Source: Haliotis cracherodii (lineage: Eukaryota). From it: a stretch of DNA of 64,000 nt. Under the pieces are notes generated by a model, which was not told the DNA's origin, searched no databases, and saw only the letters and a program-made list of their open reading frames with translations. The position numbers and the translations under genes were made by a program. Of this stretch, positions 1-12,160 are shown in pieces (within the stretch, counting starts at the first letter, position 1; every line of letters starts with the position of its first letter). The stretch is from positions 52,266,001 through 52,330,000 of the forward strand of contig NW_027266341.1 in assembly GCF_022045235.1 (NCBI RefSeq), in the 5' to 3' direction.

Positions 1-30
1 CTTAAACCATACTCACTCACTCACTCACTC
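1..30 (+). mobile_element. 3' tail of a family A-type SINE cut by the window edge
   Basis: aaaccatactcactcactc matches the family A tail. Confidence 0.7.
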
Positions 31-323
31 TAAATCGAAACAGTAATGGTTACTTCACCTACAAACTATGCCACTCTTGACATGCCTGTTACTTCTGGCA
101 TTAAAAAACAGCACCATGTAATCAATTTGTACAAAGATAACACGAAGCACATGTATTCTCATCACTGCACTAGTGGATGGGAATTTGTGTGCTTTTTTGT
201 GCTATTTCCACTCAATAGTTACATGAAGTAGCTGCAGAGATGTGTGATTAAGGATATATCATGCACTTCACTGGTGGACATTATGTGGGAAGGTAAGACA
301 TCAATGGCTCTACTTATGGTTAG

Positions 324-661
324 GACCGCCTCCGTGGTCTAGTGGTAGATCGTCCACCCGGAGAGCGGAAGGTCCGGGGTTCGATCCCCAGCTGCGTCAT
401 ACCAAAAGACGTTCCAAGATGGTACTTGTTTGTTACCCTGTCTGGCGCTCGGCATTAAGGTGCTAAAACAAGGACGACCTGGAGCCAGTATACTGTGTCT
501 GAGTGGGGTATTCATGTTAATCTGCGGCAAGGTATCTCAGTGGGCTAGCACTATAAATCGGCATCAGTCCGAACTTGTACAAGAATACACACGTGCATGC
601 ACGTCGCTGTATGAGTGCAATAATCTTGGACGCGACGTTAAACCCCTTTTCACCTCATCTC
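324..661 (+). mobile_element. SINE family C (tRNA head, Meta/Deu-like body), full length
   Basis: A box (tggtctagtgg) and B box (ggttcgatcc), body cataccaaaagac...ggtacttg...ggcgctcggcatt and gctagcactataaa, (cacct)n tail; TSD acttatggt. Confidence 0.9.
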
Positions 662-1689
662 ACTTATGGTATGGCAGGAAAGAAGGGAGTAACGTGGGTT
701 GGTTTATGAATTGGATCAAGACGGAGAATATGTAGGGTTTGGACAGAGGTTTGAAAAGTGAACGCTGTTCGAGAATGGCGGTCCGCTATTATGTGAGCTA
801 ACACCAAGAAAAGAGAGCCATCAATGATCAATAAACATAGGTTATTGTTACTCTGCTTGTCGTTGCGTGAATGTATTATATTTCATTCCATTTGCTGACA
901 GAGTAGACTAACATCTAGTCTCTGAAATGAACACATCTTACATAAAAAAACTGTTGTTCAGTTATCTTAATAAAAATATAATAAAAAGGAGCCCAGTGAC
1001 TCTCTTCATTTTCAGATACTGCAGTGATCTAGACTTGCCAAACATTATAGACTTGCATGGGCTGTATTTGATATATATTTGTATCAGGGTCTGTAAGACA
1101 GACTAGCTGACAGAGCTTCGTTCTGAGACCGATTTGAATCACTGCATCTTAAAAATAGCCGTCCAATCAAATAACACACATGTGTGAGAGACAGTATATG
1201 TGAAGTCACTAATAAGAGACTTAAATGTGACATCACTTCCCAAACGAAGTTGCTGTGGCGAATCTGCCCACGATTCACTGGGTAATCGGGGTTGGAGCAA
1301 TATATTTCACTAGAGTTTTATCCCGCGTTACCAAACTGTTCCCACACAAATATCGATATGGAAACGGAATCGTTAAATATTGTATAATAAATCAAAATAA
1401 ATGATGAAAACGCATGACGAACAGAATAAGTGGGAGTTAAATAGATTAACCTGTCGAACAGATAATGTGGCATTCACCTGATTTGACTCATGTTTCGCCG
1501 CTAATACCTGCGTATATGACATCCTGTCCGGTCAGGCCGATATTTACCTGATTAAATCAGTGTTATTTGGCTTATGTTTCCCCATCATTAGACGAGTAAT
1601 GATCTAGTGCCCTGACATTCCTGATTGAGGCAGTGTTAGTTACCTTATATCAACCTAGAGCATCCAGTAATCAACGATATGTACTTCTG

Positions 1690-1971
1690 GAGTGAGTGAG
1701 TGAGTTGGGTTTAACGCCGCTTTTAACATTATTCCAGTTATATCACGGCGTGTCAGCTTAATGTGGGAGGAAAGACCGAAGTGATGCAGGTCTCAGACGT
1801 TTACCACTTCGGTGAAACGCACGAGCACGGGTATGGTGCTTACAAACCTAGAAACATTATCGGGGCGAACCGGGATTCGAACCCACAATCATAGGTTTCT
1901 GGCGCGCCCAAGGGACGCAACTCTGCACAGCGAATCGCGGAGCTTTAGACGAGTTGGCCACCCGTGCCCCC
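1690..1971 (-). mobile_element. SINE family D (tRNA-Leu-like head, V-like body), full length
   Basis: Near-identical to copies at 5046, 18774, 26421, 31427 and 41259; (actc)n tail; TSD about ttctgga. Confidence 0.9.
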
Positions 1972-2065
1972 TCTATTTCTGGAAGATATGCCATATCACC
2001 AAATTAACGCAATATCATAACAGGAACTTATATGACTTGTACCTGAGATATCTTTGACAACGTTG

Positions 2066-2228
2066 CATGAGTGAGTATGGTTTTACGCCGCTTTTAGCAA
2101 TATTCCAGCAATATCACGGCGGGGGACACCAGAAATGGGCTTCACACATTGTACCAATGTCGGGAATCGAACCCGGGTTTTCGGCATGACGAGCGAACGC
2201 TTTAACCACTAGGCTACCCGACCGCCCC
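2066..2228 (-). mobile_element. SINE family A (tRNA-Asp-like, about 160 bp)
   Basis: A/B boxes and shared tail; TSD tgacaacgttg. Confidence 0.92.
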
Positions 2229-2380
2229 TGACAACGTTGAAGAAAGACGACTTTACAATATTGGTTCAAATATCTCACACTAAAGTTTCGTTCTTTGTGG
2301 TTACGCGGTCTCCTTTTACCTGAATCGGACTCCTTTGGCACAAAAATACTCATACCACAATATTAATAATGTCTTGAAGA

Positions 2381-2647
2381 GACCCATGAAGATCCGGGTG
2401 AGAATAGGTCTTCAGCAACCCATGCTTGCCGTAAAAGGCGACTATGCTTGTCGTAAGAGGCGACTAACGGGATCGGGTGGTCAGGCTCGCTAACTTGGTT
2501 GAAGCATGTCATTGATCCCAATTGCGTGGATAGATGGTCATGATATCAATCACTGGATTGTCAGGTCCAGACTCGATTATTTACAGACCGGCATTATATA
2601 GCCGGAATATTGCTGAGTGCGGCGTAAAACAACAAACGAACCAACCA
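2381..2647 (+). mobile_element. Family B non-autonomous retroelement (structured non-tRNA head)
   Basis: Starts gacccatgaagatccggg and ends ggaatattgctgagtgcggcgtaaaacaacaaac(gaacc)n; more than 10 copies in the window. Confidence 0.9.
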
Positions 2648-3591
2648 ATAAACCAGAAATAAGATAATTTGTTCGTTGTTTCAAAGTTGATTAAACTCTC
2701 ATCAATGTTCTATAAAACAAGGATAGTTTTTTTCAAATGGATGTCTATTTATTGAGTTCACATGTTGTGGATTACCTTAAGTTAACCTAAATCTTATACA
2801 ATGCAGTTTAATATAAAACACAGACATTTAAGTACCATTTGATGGTAAACGAAGAGGAACAAGCTGGAATAAGTACATGCAACGAACCAAAAATTCATAA
2901 ATAACTATGACGTGAAATGTAAACAGTAAAATTGACTGTGAATAAACCATTTATAAAGGGTTGAGGATAAGTATGAAATATTAATATGATATATAATCCG
3001 TGCAGTGTTTAAGAACTTAGCGGCCCTTTTTAGAATAACCAATGGGTCAGCGATGAGTTCTGAAGAGTAGACTAGAAAAAAATGGCTCTCCTGGCAAGTT
3101 TGGATAAAAAAGATCTATGTTTGCCCGCTCACAATTTAGAGGGATTTGTCCAAATTGATATTTTCACGAGTTTAGCAACCAGGATTAAAAGTGTCAGTCA
3201 GATTAATTAAATTTGCTATTTGATAGAAAGGCCAAACGTTCCATTCATCCTATGCGTAACGACCAGAGAGGGAGACGGGAGATTTAAGTCGGTTACAGAG
3301 AGAAAAAGCAGTTCTTATATGGAGCAATATCATGACACGCAAGTGAGAATATAGATTTTAGTTTCTCAGATTACTTATCAAGCCGGAAAGGTAGATAGTT
3401 TATGAATATTTTAATACCGCCTACTGCACATCAAGGATGTGATTTACGAGACGCGATGGTGACATTTGCCAATACGAAAGAACTCTGGAATCAAGAACAA
3501 TCGAAATTGGTTTGGGACATCTTATGATGGCAATGAGGTTCCTTTTTCGTCATTTGTTGTTTTACACCGCACTCAGAAATAGTCAAGCTAT

Positions 3592-3734
3592 CAGCGTTAG
3601 AAATTAGCACTAGTCCTATAATCCTTGCCAAACTGCCCAATGGTAAAGTTATCATAATTTGCCCTTTTTAAGGGTTTTGCTATATGTTATCATTATAAGG
3701 ACTAGTGGACGAAAACTGTTAGTTTCTAACCCTG
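3592..3734. mobile_element. 143-bp MITE inserted in a degenerate family B copy (about 3552-3900)
   Basis: Termini cagcgttagaaa / tttctaaccctg and subterminal cactagtcctataat / attataaggactagtg. It interrupts the B consensus agctatatgac with a 5-bp duplication gctat/gctgt. Confidence 0.75.
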
Positions 3735-5045
3735 GCTGTATGACGGCAGCCTATAAATAATCGAGTCTTGATCAAACAATCCAGTGATTGGTATTGTGAC
3801 CAACGATCGGGTTAGGATGACACACTGTCAACCAATTCACCGAACCTGATCAGCCGATGCATTTGGTGGTCTCTTATAATTACGACCAGCATCCCTACGT
3901 TCCTCCACAGGTCCAGTTAGTCACTGTGATTCCATTACAAAGAATGTGGTGCTTGCATGGTTTCAGTTGTGTATGATATATAAAATATACTGGAAGACCT
4001 TTTCATCGTGTTTCGATTTGCATTCGGACAATATCCATCACTACGTTATTCAACTTGGCAACCAGAATAATCTTATATAAACACGTTGTTAATGGTAGTT
4101 CAGCGAGAGGGGCATGTATTTGTCACATACAGTTGAGCAGTATAGCAATTTCGTTCCGATGAATAGACATTAAGGGAGTACTACCACACCATGTACAACT
4201 GAACACATTTGTGAATAGGATAATTGAGCTTAATCGTAAATGGTATTGGGCATCCAATAGTGTATTTCTCAATTTTCCACTAATGCATTTCTCAATTTTA
4301 CATTATAACGCATTTCTCGCTTGACCGCATAAAGTGAATCATTAGATGGGTTGGATGTCAACCATGTTTAATTAAGTTGCAAACATCGAAATACGAAAAT
4401 TGGTTTTGATTAATAATGCTTTCCTTGTGCCCAAAATCTGTGTTTGAGACATGACCCTTTCTTTCAATTGTATTGTACAAGAAGACATTATGGCATGAAT
4501 AACCACATATTTGTGTCTGGATACAGGAATGCCTTCTCAGTGTCACCGAGTCGGGGTTTAGGTCCTATATATATAATATTCAAACCATGAACAGGAGAAG
4601 TGGCAATGTGATAAACCTTGCCCGACGATGTTTTTTCAACTATGATTACTTGGGGAAGGCAGTCATCTTCGTGCAGCGATTTGTAGTCGTTCACAGCAAT
4701 ATAATTTGTCTTCCAGGCGAGAGCAGGACATAAGAGGTCGAGGTTAATTCTCCAAATAATAGGGAAAGAGATTGGTTGTAGGTTTACCAAAGCCCCTGAC
4801 TATCATGAGGTGGACTGATTGTGGCTTCAGGTTGGGGACAATTCCACTGAGCTTAGTTGAAGGAAGGAAGCGGTCGAGAAGCCAGCGAGATGAGGAGAAA
4901 AATGCCCGTATAGCTGGATTAGCGTTATGAAATACGTTGACAGGCGCGTTGGATTGGGTTATGCCAGCGTCGTGGAGATGCTAGCTATAGGGTAAGGCAA
5001 TATGCCCCGTTGCTAGTTTACTGCTGTTCATAGACCACCGTAAGA

Positions 5046-5333
5046 GTTAGTGAGTGAGTGAGTGAGTTGGGTTTATCGCCGCTTTTAACAGTATTCCAGT
5101 TATATTGCGGCGTGTCAGCTTAATGTGGGAGGAAAGCCCGAAGTGATACAGGTCTCAGACGTTTACCACTTCGGTGAAAGCCACGAGCACGGGTATGGTG
5201 CTGACAAACCTAGAAACATTACCGGGGCGAACCGGGATTCGAACCCACGATCATAGGTTTCTGTCGTGCCCAAGGGACGCAACTCTGCACAGCGAATCGC
5301 GGCGCCTTAGACGACTGGGCCACCCGTGCCCCC
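5046..5333 (-). mobile_element. SINE family D, full length
   Basis: 13-bp TSD gaccaccgtaaga (5033-5045, 5335-5347). Confidence 0.93.
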
Positions 5334-5580
5334 TGACCACCGTAAGAAACATGTTCGTAGGTTAATAGTGGATGAGTGGGTTGGAAATTGGTAGGATGGA
5401 TATAGCATTATCTAACGAAGTTGTATAAACGGATACTAGGTAGAGGGTGGATGGGACGGTGGGTTAGTAGGTTCAGGGTTTGTGGTACGGCGTAGGTTGA
5501 GGGATGAGGATGACGTGGTGGGCAGGTGGTTGATGTGGATGGTGGATAGGTGAATTAGTGCTTAGATGAATTGAAGCGCA

Positions 5581-5855
5581 GGTTGGTTGTTGGTTGGTTG
5601 GTTTGTTATTTTACGGCGTTCTCAGCAATATTCCAGCTATATGACGGCGGTCTGTAATTAATCGAGTCTGGACCAGAAAATCCAGTGATTGACATCATGA
5701 TCATCGATCCACGCAAATGGGATCAATAACATGCTTCAACCAAGTCAGCTTGCCTGACCACTCGATCCCGTTAGTGGCCTCTTCCGACATGCATAGTTGC
5801 CTTTTACGGCAAGCATGGGTTGCTGAAGACCTATTCTACCTATATCTTCGCGGGG
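5581..5855 (-). mobile_element. Family B element
   Basis: Full-length match to other B copies, (ggtt)n tail. Confidence 0.88.
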
Positions 5856-6324
5856 ATAAGATGAGTTGACAAAGTGGTAGATGGGTGGAGTATGATAATA
5901 TCCATACTGAATTTTTTCAAAAAAGTTATTTCAGAAAGTACGGTGAGAGTTGGAAGAAAAAGCGAAGAGATAATTCCCATGTGTTCCGATAGATACCCTT
6001 AATGTATCAGGAGATGAGGGTTTTAATTCGAAAAAACAAGAGAATTGTGAATGTCAGGTAAAAAACTTATACATTCCAATTTTTCAGATTTATAAGTTTC
6101 CATTTCAGTGGAAGAAACGCTTGAGGAACAAACGTCGTGAAGTGCTTTCAAAACCAAGTAGGTTTTCCAGTGAGTGTCAAGATAAGCCTCTGCTTAAAGG
6201 ATAACTTTTTATACTTTAAAGAATAGTTCTTTCTTTTTAATTCACGCTTGCCTTATGGCTATCACAGTCCTTTTTTCATTAACGGAACATTGCAAAATAA
6301 ATTCGTCATCATTCGTACAAACGA

Positions 6325-6486
6325 GGGGCGGTCGGGTAGCCTGGTGGGTAAAGTGTTTGCTCGTCACGCCGAAGACTTGTGTTCGATTCCCGACATGAGT
6401 ACAATGTGTGAATCCCATTTCTGGTGTCCCCCGCCGTGATATTGCTGGAGTAATGCTAAAAGCGGCGTAAACTCACTCACTCACTC
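6325..6486 (+). mobile_element. SINE family A
   Basis: TSD cgtacaaacga; carries the variant ggagtaatgct shared with the copy at 13886-14053. Confidence 0.92.
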
Positions 6487-6602
6487 GTACAAACGAAATA
6501 ATATATCCAGTGATCTGACATTTTCTACATATACCACGTTATATGTCTTATATGTCAACGAAAAATTAAGTTGAACTTTAATGGGAATATATTATTGGAT
6601 GT

Positions 6603-6826
6603 TTGTTTGTTGTTGTTTAACGCCGCACTCAGCAATATTCCAGCTTTATGACGGCAGTCTGTAAATAATCGAGTCTGGACCAGACACTCCAGTGATTGAC
6701 ATCATGAACATCGATCCGATGAAGTACATCACCCAAGTCAGCAAGCAAGACCACATGAAAAGCATGGAGTCATTTTACGGCAAGCATGGGTTGCTGAAGA
6801 CCTATTCTAACCAGGATCTTCACAGG
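6603..6826 (-). mobile_element. Family B element with internal deletions
   Basis: 15-bp TSD tatattattggatgt. Confidence 0.9.
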
Positions 6827-8082
6827 TATATTATTGGATGTAGGTAATACAGTAGAATATTCTTATTTACATGGGTGAGTAAGTGAGTTTGGATTAAGTC
6901 TGCTTAAGTATATTCGTATTATCACGACGTGTCACCTTGACGTGGGAAGAAATCCCCGTGCAGCTTGTTCCACTTTGGTGAAATCCACGGCCTCAAACCT
7001 AGAATCGTCATCTCCGAATCTTGGATTCGAACCAACGACCATGCGGCAACTCATACGGCCGGGTCAGCCGTGCACCCTCGAGGCCACCGCGGTGAATATG
7101 TTTATGTTTTATAAATTCTACAGTTATTTGACATTGTCTACAATCCACATACTCATCGCAGAGGGCGGGTTGTTAAGGGAATGAGAGGACAACTGAACAA
7201 ACAAAGCATATGAAGCCTTCATGAAACAAGGTTTCTTTGCGTAGATGTGGCGTTTGTATGCCTGTTGCATCTAACTCATAACGTTTTATTCGCTGCTATT
7301 AGTTAGTATATGTAAGAGTCTACCAACATCCCGGTTCATATCATGCCGTTCCATTAGTTTGAGATATCGAAAGAAAACAGCAAGTTGTGTAACCCCAGTC
7401 ACAGAATACTAAGTATACAGTTGTAGACGGTAACTTCCTGGGCTGTGCTGTGGTCGGCGTGCCAACGAGGCACGAATCGTATTCTGTTGCAAGACAGCTT
7501 AACACGCCGGATTGGAACCGATGGAATTTCCATTAGTTGTGATGCAGTTTGATAGAAATGTTCAATAGACGTTGCAATCCTTTTAACGAGACTCAGGCAG
7601 AACTCCAAGGCCGGGGAACCATTGCCTTGTCTTGTGTGTGGATCAACTGCGTTCCTTGCAGAATTAGGTATCCATGAATAAAATAATAACAAATCAGTCA
7701 ATAATTAAGATTTCTTTGAATTGATCAATAGAGCGCTGTGTCCCAAATACGTAACGTATGAGGGTATTATGTTAAAGATACGGTTTTTGCAGAAGTCGCT
7801 TGGATACATGGGGAATGATGACGTTGTGGTCGCTGGAGTGACCATTGCAATGTTATTACCGGTTTCTGTTTGACAGGTGGGCATTGCGGTAAGATTACGA
7901 GAAGGTTGGCGTTGATTGTTTGTTGTTTAGTAATTTGTGTACAGTATAAGAGCTTGGCACCCGGGCTATGCAAACAGGATAGATCTGGGTATGCCAAAGA
8001 AATAGTTCGATACACTGAAATTCATTGGTATTCAAAACCGTAATTTGAAAAAAGTAAAAAAAATGATGTGATGACACGGTTA

Positions 8083-8207
8083 GAGGTGATGAGATGAGGT
8101 GAAACTGGGTTTAACGTCGCGTCCAAGATTATTGCACTTATGTAGCGACGTGCATGCACCTTCAGCTCTCCGGGCGGACGCTCTACCACTAGACCACGGA
8201 GGCGGTC
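8083..8207 (-). mobile_element. Internally deleted family C SINE (head fused directly to tail)
   Basis: The first about 48 nt of the C head is joined to the last about 75 nt of the C tail; the middle about 210 nt is absent. Confidence 0.8.
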
Positions 8208-8263
8208 TCAGACAGTTAAAGATGTATCATGTCTAAAAGTGTTATACACCGTAACGCCCTTAC

Positions 8264-8443
8264 CTGAGCCTTGGTTTGTTCGCCGACGAGAATGACGTCT
8301 CTTGTGGCGTCGTGGATGGGAATGTCGGAGATGTAGATGCCCTTGCCTATCAGTTCATCCAGTTTCTCTACGCTAGGCGATCCTATGAACATGATGGCGT
8401 CGGCTGCTGGCAGATAGATCATCTGTCCTTTTATGTCCATGCT
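8264..8443 (-). CDS. Soluble guanylate cyclase alpha-type exon (PAS C-half to coiled-coil start; GUCY1A-like)
   Basis: 180-nt phase 0/0 exon with donor CAG|gtaagg, encoding SMDIKGQMIYLPAADAIMFIGSPSVEKLDELIGKGIYISDIPIHDATRDVILVGEQTKAQ. The GEQxxAQ ending matches alpha subunits (GEQARAQDGL), not beta1 (GEQFREE). Confidence 0.95.
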
Positions 8444-8720
8444 CTGAATGGGACACATTAACGATAAGGCACCTTTAGATAAATATTCAAGATCATCGAT
8501 TTCGGTTACATTTATCTTGGCTTGCCATTAGAACATTATGACCTCTGTTATCCATAAAAAATGTCCCTCTTCCGTTAACAAAATGTTCAGAAATTGACAT
8601 TTTGTTAGATAACCAGTTTCCAAAAAGTTTCTCATATTTGTTTCCGCCTTGGTAGAGTACGGAAACCTGAATGATGAGGTGTAGCTTAAGTACGAGTTAT
8701 TACCATTATTGGATTCTAAG

Positions 8721-8796
8721 CCTAGCCCTACCCTACCCTACCCTACCCTACCCTACCCCTAACCTTATTCTACCCTACCCCTAACCTTATTCTACC
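8721..8796. repeat. (CCCTA)n simple repeat abutting an assembly gap
   Basis: Direct inspection. Confidence 0.85.
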
Positions 8797-8799
8797 GTG

Positions 8800-9014
8800 N
8801 NNNNNNNNNNNNNNNNNNNNNNNNNNNNNNNNNNNNNNNNNNNNNNNNNNNNNNNNNNNNNNNNNNNNNNNNNNNNNNNNNNNNNNNNNNNNNNNNNNNN
8901 NNNNNNNNNNNNNNNNNNNNNNNNNNNNNNNNNNNNNNNNNNNNNNNNNNNNNNNNNNNNNNNNNNNNNNNNNNNNNNNNNNNNNNNNNNNNNNNNNNNN
9001 NNNNNNNNNNNNNN
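8800..9014. other. Assembly gap (others at 22363-22557, 33746-33903, 35252-35399, 44055-44194, 44428-44631)
   Basis: Runs of N. Confidence 1.
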
Positions 9015-9712
9015 TCCCATGTATGAGTCATTATAATGTTACGATATAACAAGGAATAAATCGACATTTAAATGATTGAGATGATGTGGTGAGCTACATG
9101 GTGTGTAATTACTGATTCGCATATCATATGTTATTACTTTGCCCTGATTCTCACAGAAGACGCAGCATGGCGTATAAATGATTTATACACTGCACAAATG
9201 TACCCTCGCTCACTCAAAGTAGCAAAGTGGGTAACGTGTGCACCCACACCGAAGATTTCTGTTCGCCTCCCATATTGGTTCAAGATAATTCTGGATTGTC
9301 CCCAACCTGATAAATACAGCCTCAACAAAGTCCTCATGAGACGAGTATTGAAATAAGGATATTGATACTTAATTAAGTTAATTTTATATTACCAACAGGC
9401 AGCATAAGGTAGGAATGCGTGAGTTCAACGGGGCTTTCAACAGCATTAAACTTTCTAATGGCACGTCCGCTTAATGTCGGATCCCAAAGTGATGTACACG
9501 TTTACCTCTTAAGCGAGACCCTTGAGCATGGTGCTGTCAAACCAAGACTCATATTCAGGACGAATCTGGGATTCGATTCCATGATCAAAGGATGCTAGCA
9601 TTATGGCATCTTAGTCAACCAAACACGCGTGTCTCCCAACCCCCACTCCATGCCCACGGCGAAAATAATGGTTCGAAGTGGTAGCTGTGGTGTTACAAGG
9701 CTTTGAACAATA

Positions 9713-10496
9713 GAGTGAGTGAGTGAGTTGGGTTTAACACCGCTTTTAACAATATTCCAGTTATATCACGGCGTGTCAGCTTAATGTGGGAGGAAAGCCC
9801 GAAGTGATGCAAGTCTCAGACGTTTACCACTTCGGTGAAACCAAAGACCACGGGTATGGTGCTGACAAACCTAGAAACATAACCGGGGCGAACCGGGATT
9901 CGAACCCACAATCATAAGTTTCTGGAATTGAACAATAGAGTGAGTGCGTTTAGTGTACCGCCGCTTTTATGGGTATTTCAGATATACCATGGTGTGGCAG
10001 CTTGATGTAGGAGAAAAGCCTCTGGTGATGAAGGCTTTGACGTTAATTCCTTTAGTGGTTGGTTGGTTTGTTGTATAACGCCGCACTCAGCAATATTCCA
10101 GCTATATGACGGCGGTCTGTAAATAATCGAGTCTGGACCAGACAATCAAGTGATTGATATCATGAGCATCGATCCACGCAATTGGGATCGATGACATGTA
10201 TCAACCAAGTCAGCGAGCCTGACCATCCGATCCCGTTAGTCGCCTTTTACGACAAGCATAGTCACCATTTACGGCAAGCATGGGTTGCTGAAGACCTATT
10301 CTACCCCGGAATCTTCACGGGTCTATTCCTTTAGTGAAACCCATAAGCACGGTTATTGTCCTGAAAAGCCTTGAAACATAATCAGGGGCGAATCTGGGAT
10401 TCGAACCAACGATCATAGGTTTCTGGCACGCATTAGGGTCGCTACTCTGTATAGCGAATTGCAGCGCCTTAGACTACCGTTCCAACCGTTACCCCT
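9713..10496 (-). mobile_element. Nested cluster: 5'-truncated D (9713-9925), older D (9938-10496) and full-length B (10058-10324) inserted in the older D
   Basis: TSD ttgaacaatagagtgagtg around the truncated D and TSD attcctttagtg around B; the host D resumes after the B copy. Confidence 0.88.
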
Positions 10497-10517
10497 CAAA
10501 GAAAAATAAGTACTCAC

Positions 10518-11203
10518 CTTGGAGGTTTTTGTCAGAAGCAGGAAGCTGAAGTTTATACGTGACAGGAGAGCAGAAAAATTCATTTTGACTTCCGGTCGGA
10601 GGATTTCAAAGTACGTTGAGAGTTCTAATCCCTTTGTGGCCATTTCCGGTGCTATTGTCTTCATGAAGGCGCTGCCAAGCTGTGTGATCTGAAGGTCACG
10701 GTCAAACACCACGTGGAAAGGGAAGGTGCGGCAGAAGGTCGCCACGCCTATCTGAGAGTCGGACGGATTGGCGGAGACCGTATCTTGGATAGCACCGGTA
10801 CCTAATGTATTGTTACTGTCGTTGTTGTTGGTGATGATGTTGATGATGAAGATCTGATGAGGAGAGTCTGGTGAGCGATTGGGAGACACTTTTATTTCCA
10901 CCTCCGTTGAGAACCGAACCTTGGCTACGGCAGTAATGGTGCCTAACATCATGTGCAACAGCCTACGTCGACTGGAGTAGTAGTGAATTAACAAAGTCTT
11001 GCGGTCATATTCACATCGAAATGAAGCTGGTGTATCACCGTGAAATTTAGGCGTTTTTCGGATATGTTCATTCAGTCCATCGACATTGCTGAAAAACTCG
11101 AACATATTGCTTCCGACCATGTGTAGTTCCTTGCCGTATTGTTCAAAACACAGCATGAAGTACTCCATGCCTAGTCCAGCCATAAACCGGTTCACCTCCA
11201 GCC
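10518..11203 (-). CDS. Soluble guanylate cyclase large exon (H-NOX C-half, linker, PAS/H-NOBA N-half)
   Basis: 686-nt exon inside ORF 10413..11195 with acceptor tttctcccgcag and donor AAG|gtgagt. Motifs VGSNMFEFFSNVDGL, SFRC, HYYSSR, IGVATFCRTFPFHVVFDRDLQITQLG and FEILRP are typical of sGC. Confidence 0.95.
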
Positions 11204-11666
11204 CTGCGGGAGAAACGATAACTTAGTTTATATTAATAACTATCCAGAGAGCGAAAAGTGGACAAAAAACAATCAAGACCATCAAGTACCATTCAAAAGG
11301 GAAAAAAAGTGAGTGGTTATACCACTCATCCCCTGTAACCTGTCATCGAGGAGAGCACGCGTCATTGGGAATCACATCGCATTTTTTTCTTTACATTTAT
11401 GAAAAAATACAGGATGAAAAAAATACTCAATCATTCTCATCCGTGTATAAGAGTACTTAGAGCGTCCATCAGATCTGATCTGATCTGAAAGGTTTGGATT
11501 CAGTCATTTATTACTAATATTCATATCTTTAAGCACAGGTTTCTGATTGGGTTTTAAGAAGGTCATGATGTGTTTGTGTTTGAATTTTTGACATATTTAT
11601 TTTATAACATTCTTACTTTGACCTTTGGGCATTTATGCTTTAAAATTGGGACTATGTCTTATACTA

Positions 11667-11885
11667 GTGAGTGTGTGAGTTTGACGCCCTTTATAACACC
11701 TATCCAGTTCTATATATGCAGTTCTCTTGGTGAAATCCACGAGCACGGGTAAGGTGCTGAAGAAACCTAGAAACATAATCTTGGCGAACTGGGATTCGAA
11801 CCCCATTCATAGGTTTGTGGCGTGCGCAAGGGACGCAACTCTGCAGAATCGCAGCGCCTTAGACCACTTGGCTATCCGTGCCCCC
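11667..11885 (-). mobile_element. SINE family D with internal deletion
   Basis: D head and tail recognisable; TSD tgtcttata. Confidence 0.82.
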
Positions 11886-11921
11886 TGTCTTATATACGTG
11901 TGAGTCGCTTAAAATTCTATC

Positions 11922-12160
11922 TAACAAAAGACCCCTTGGAAAACTGCCCCTCGTTAATATAGCGCATACCATGAATAAACTTTCAATTTAACAAGTTGAT
12001 GTATTCAAATCCCCTGACAAACATTAGGAATATATCATATGTTATTTAGCTCCTTTTATTATTTGCTTTAACGCATTTTGAGAATATTTTGTATTACATT
12101 CCTCGGGAACCTGTCATTTGTTGTATTACCGGGGGCAGTTTTCTTACAATCTTTTATGTT
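11922..12160. mobile_element. Possible degenerate MITE
   Basis: Imperfect terminal inverted repeat gaaaactgcccctcgttaata / tattaccgggggcagttttc; single copy here. Confidence 0.4.

Noticed and set aside
2066-2228. Family A heads as tRNA-Asp(GTC) genes
   Set aside because: The acceptor stem is broken, and each copy continues into a shared tail with TSDs, so they are SINEs.
4358-5040. 100-aa ORF and coding-like composition downstream of the last sGC exon
   Set aside because: No DGLK/coiled-coil or cyclase motif and no supporting splice sites.
8721-8796. Telomeric repeat
   Set aside because: The unit is CCCTA rather than CCCTAA, and the tract is short and internal.
8787-9067. ORFs spanning N runs (also at 22.3, 33.7, 35.2 and 44 kb)
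   Set aside because: Artefacts of assembly gaps.
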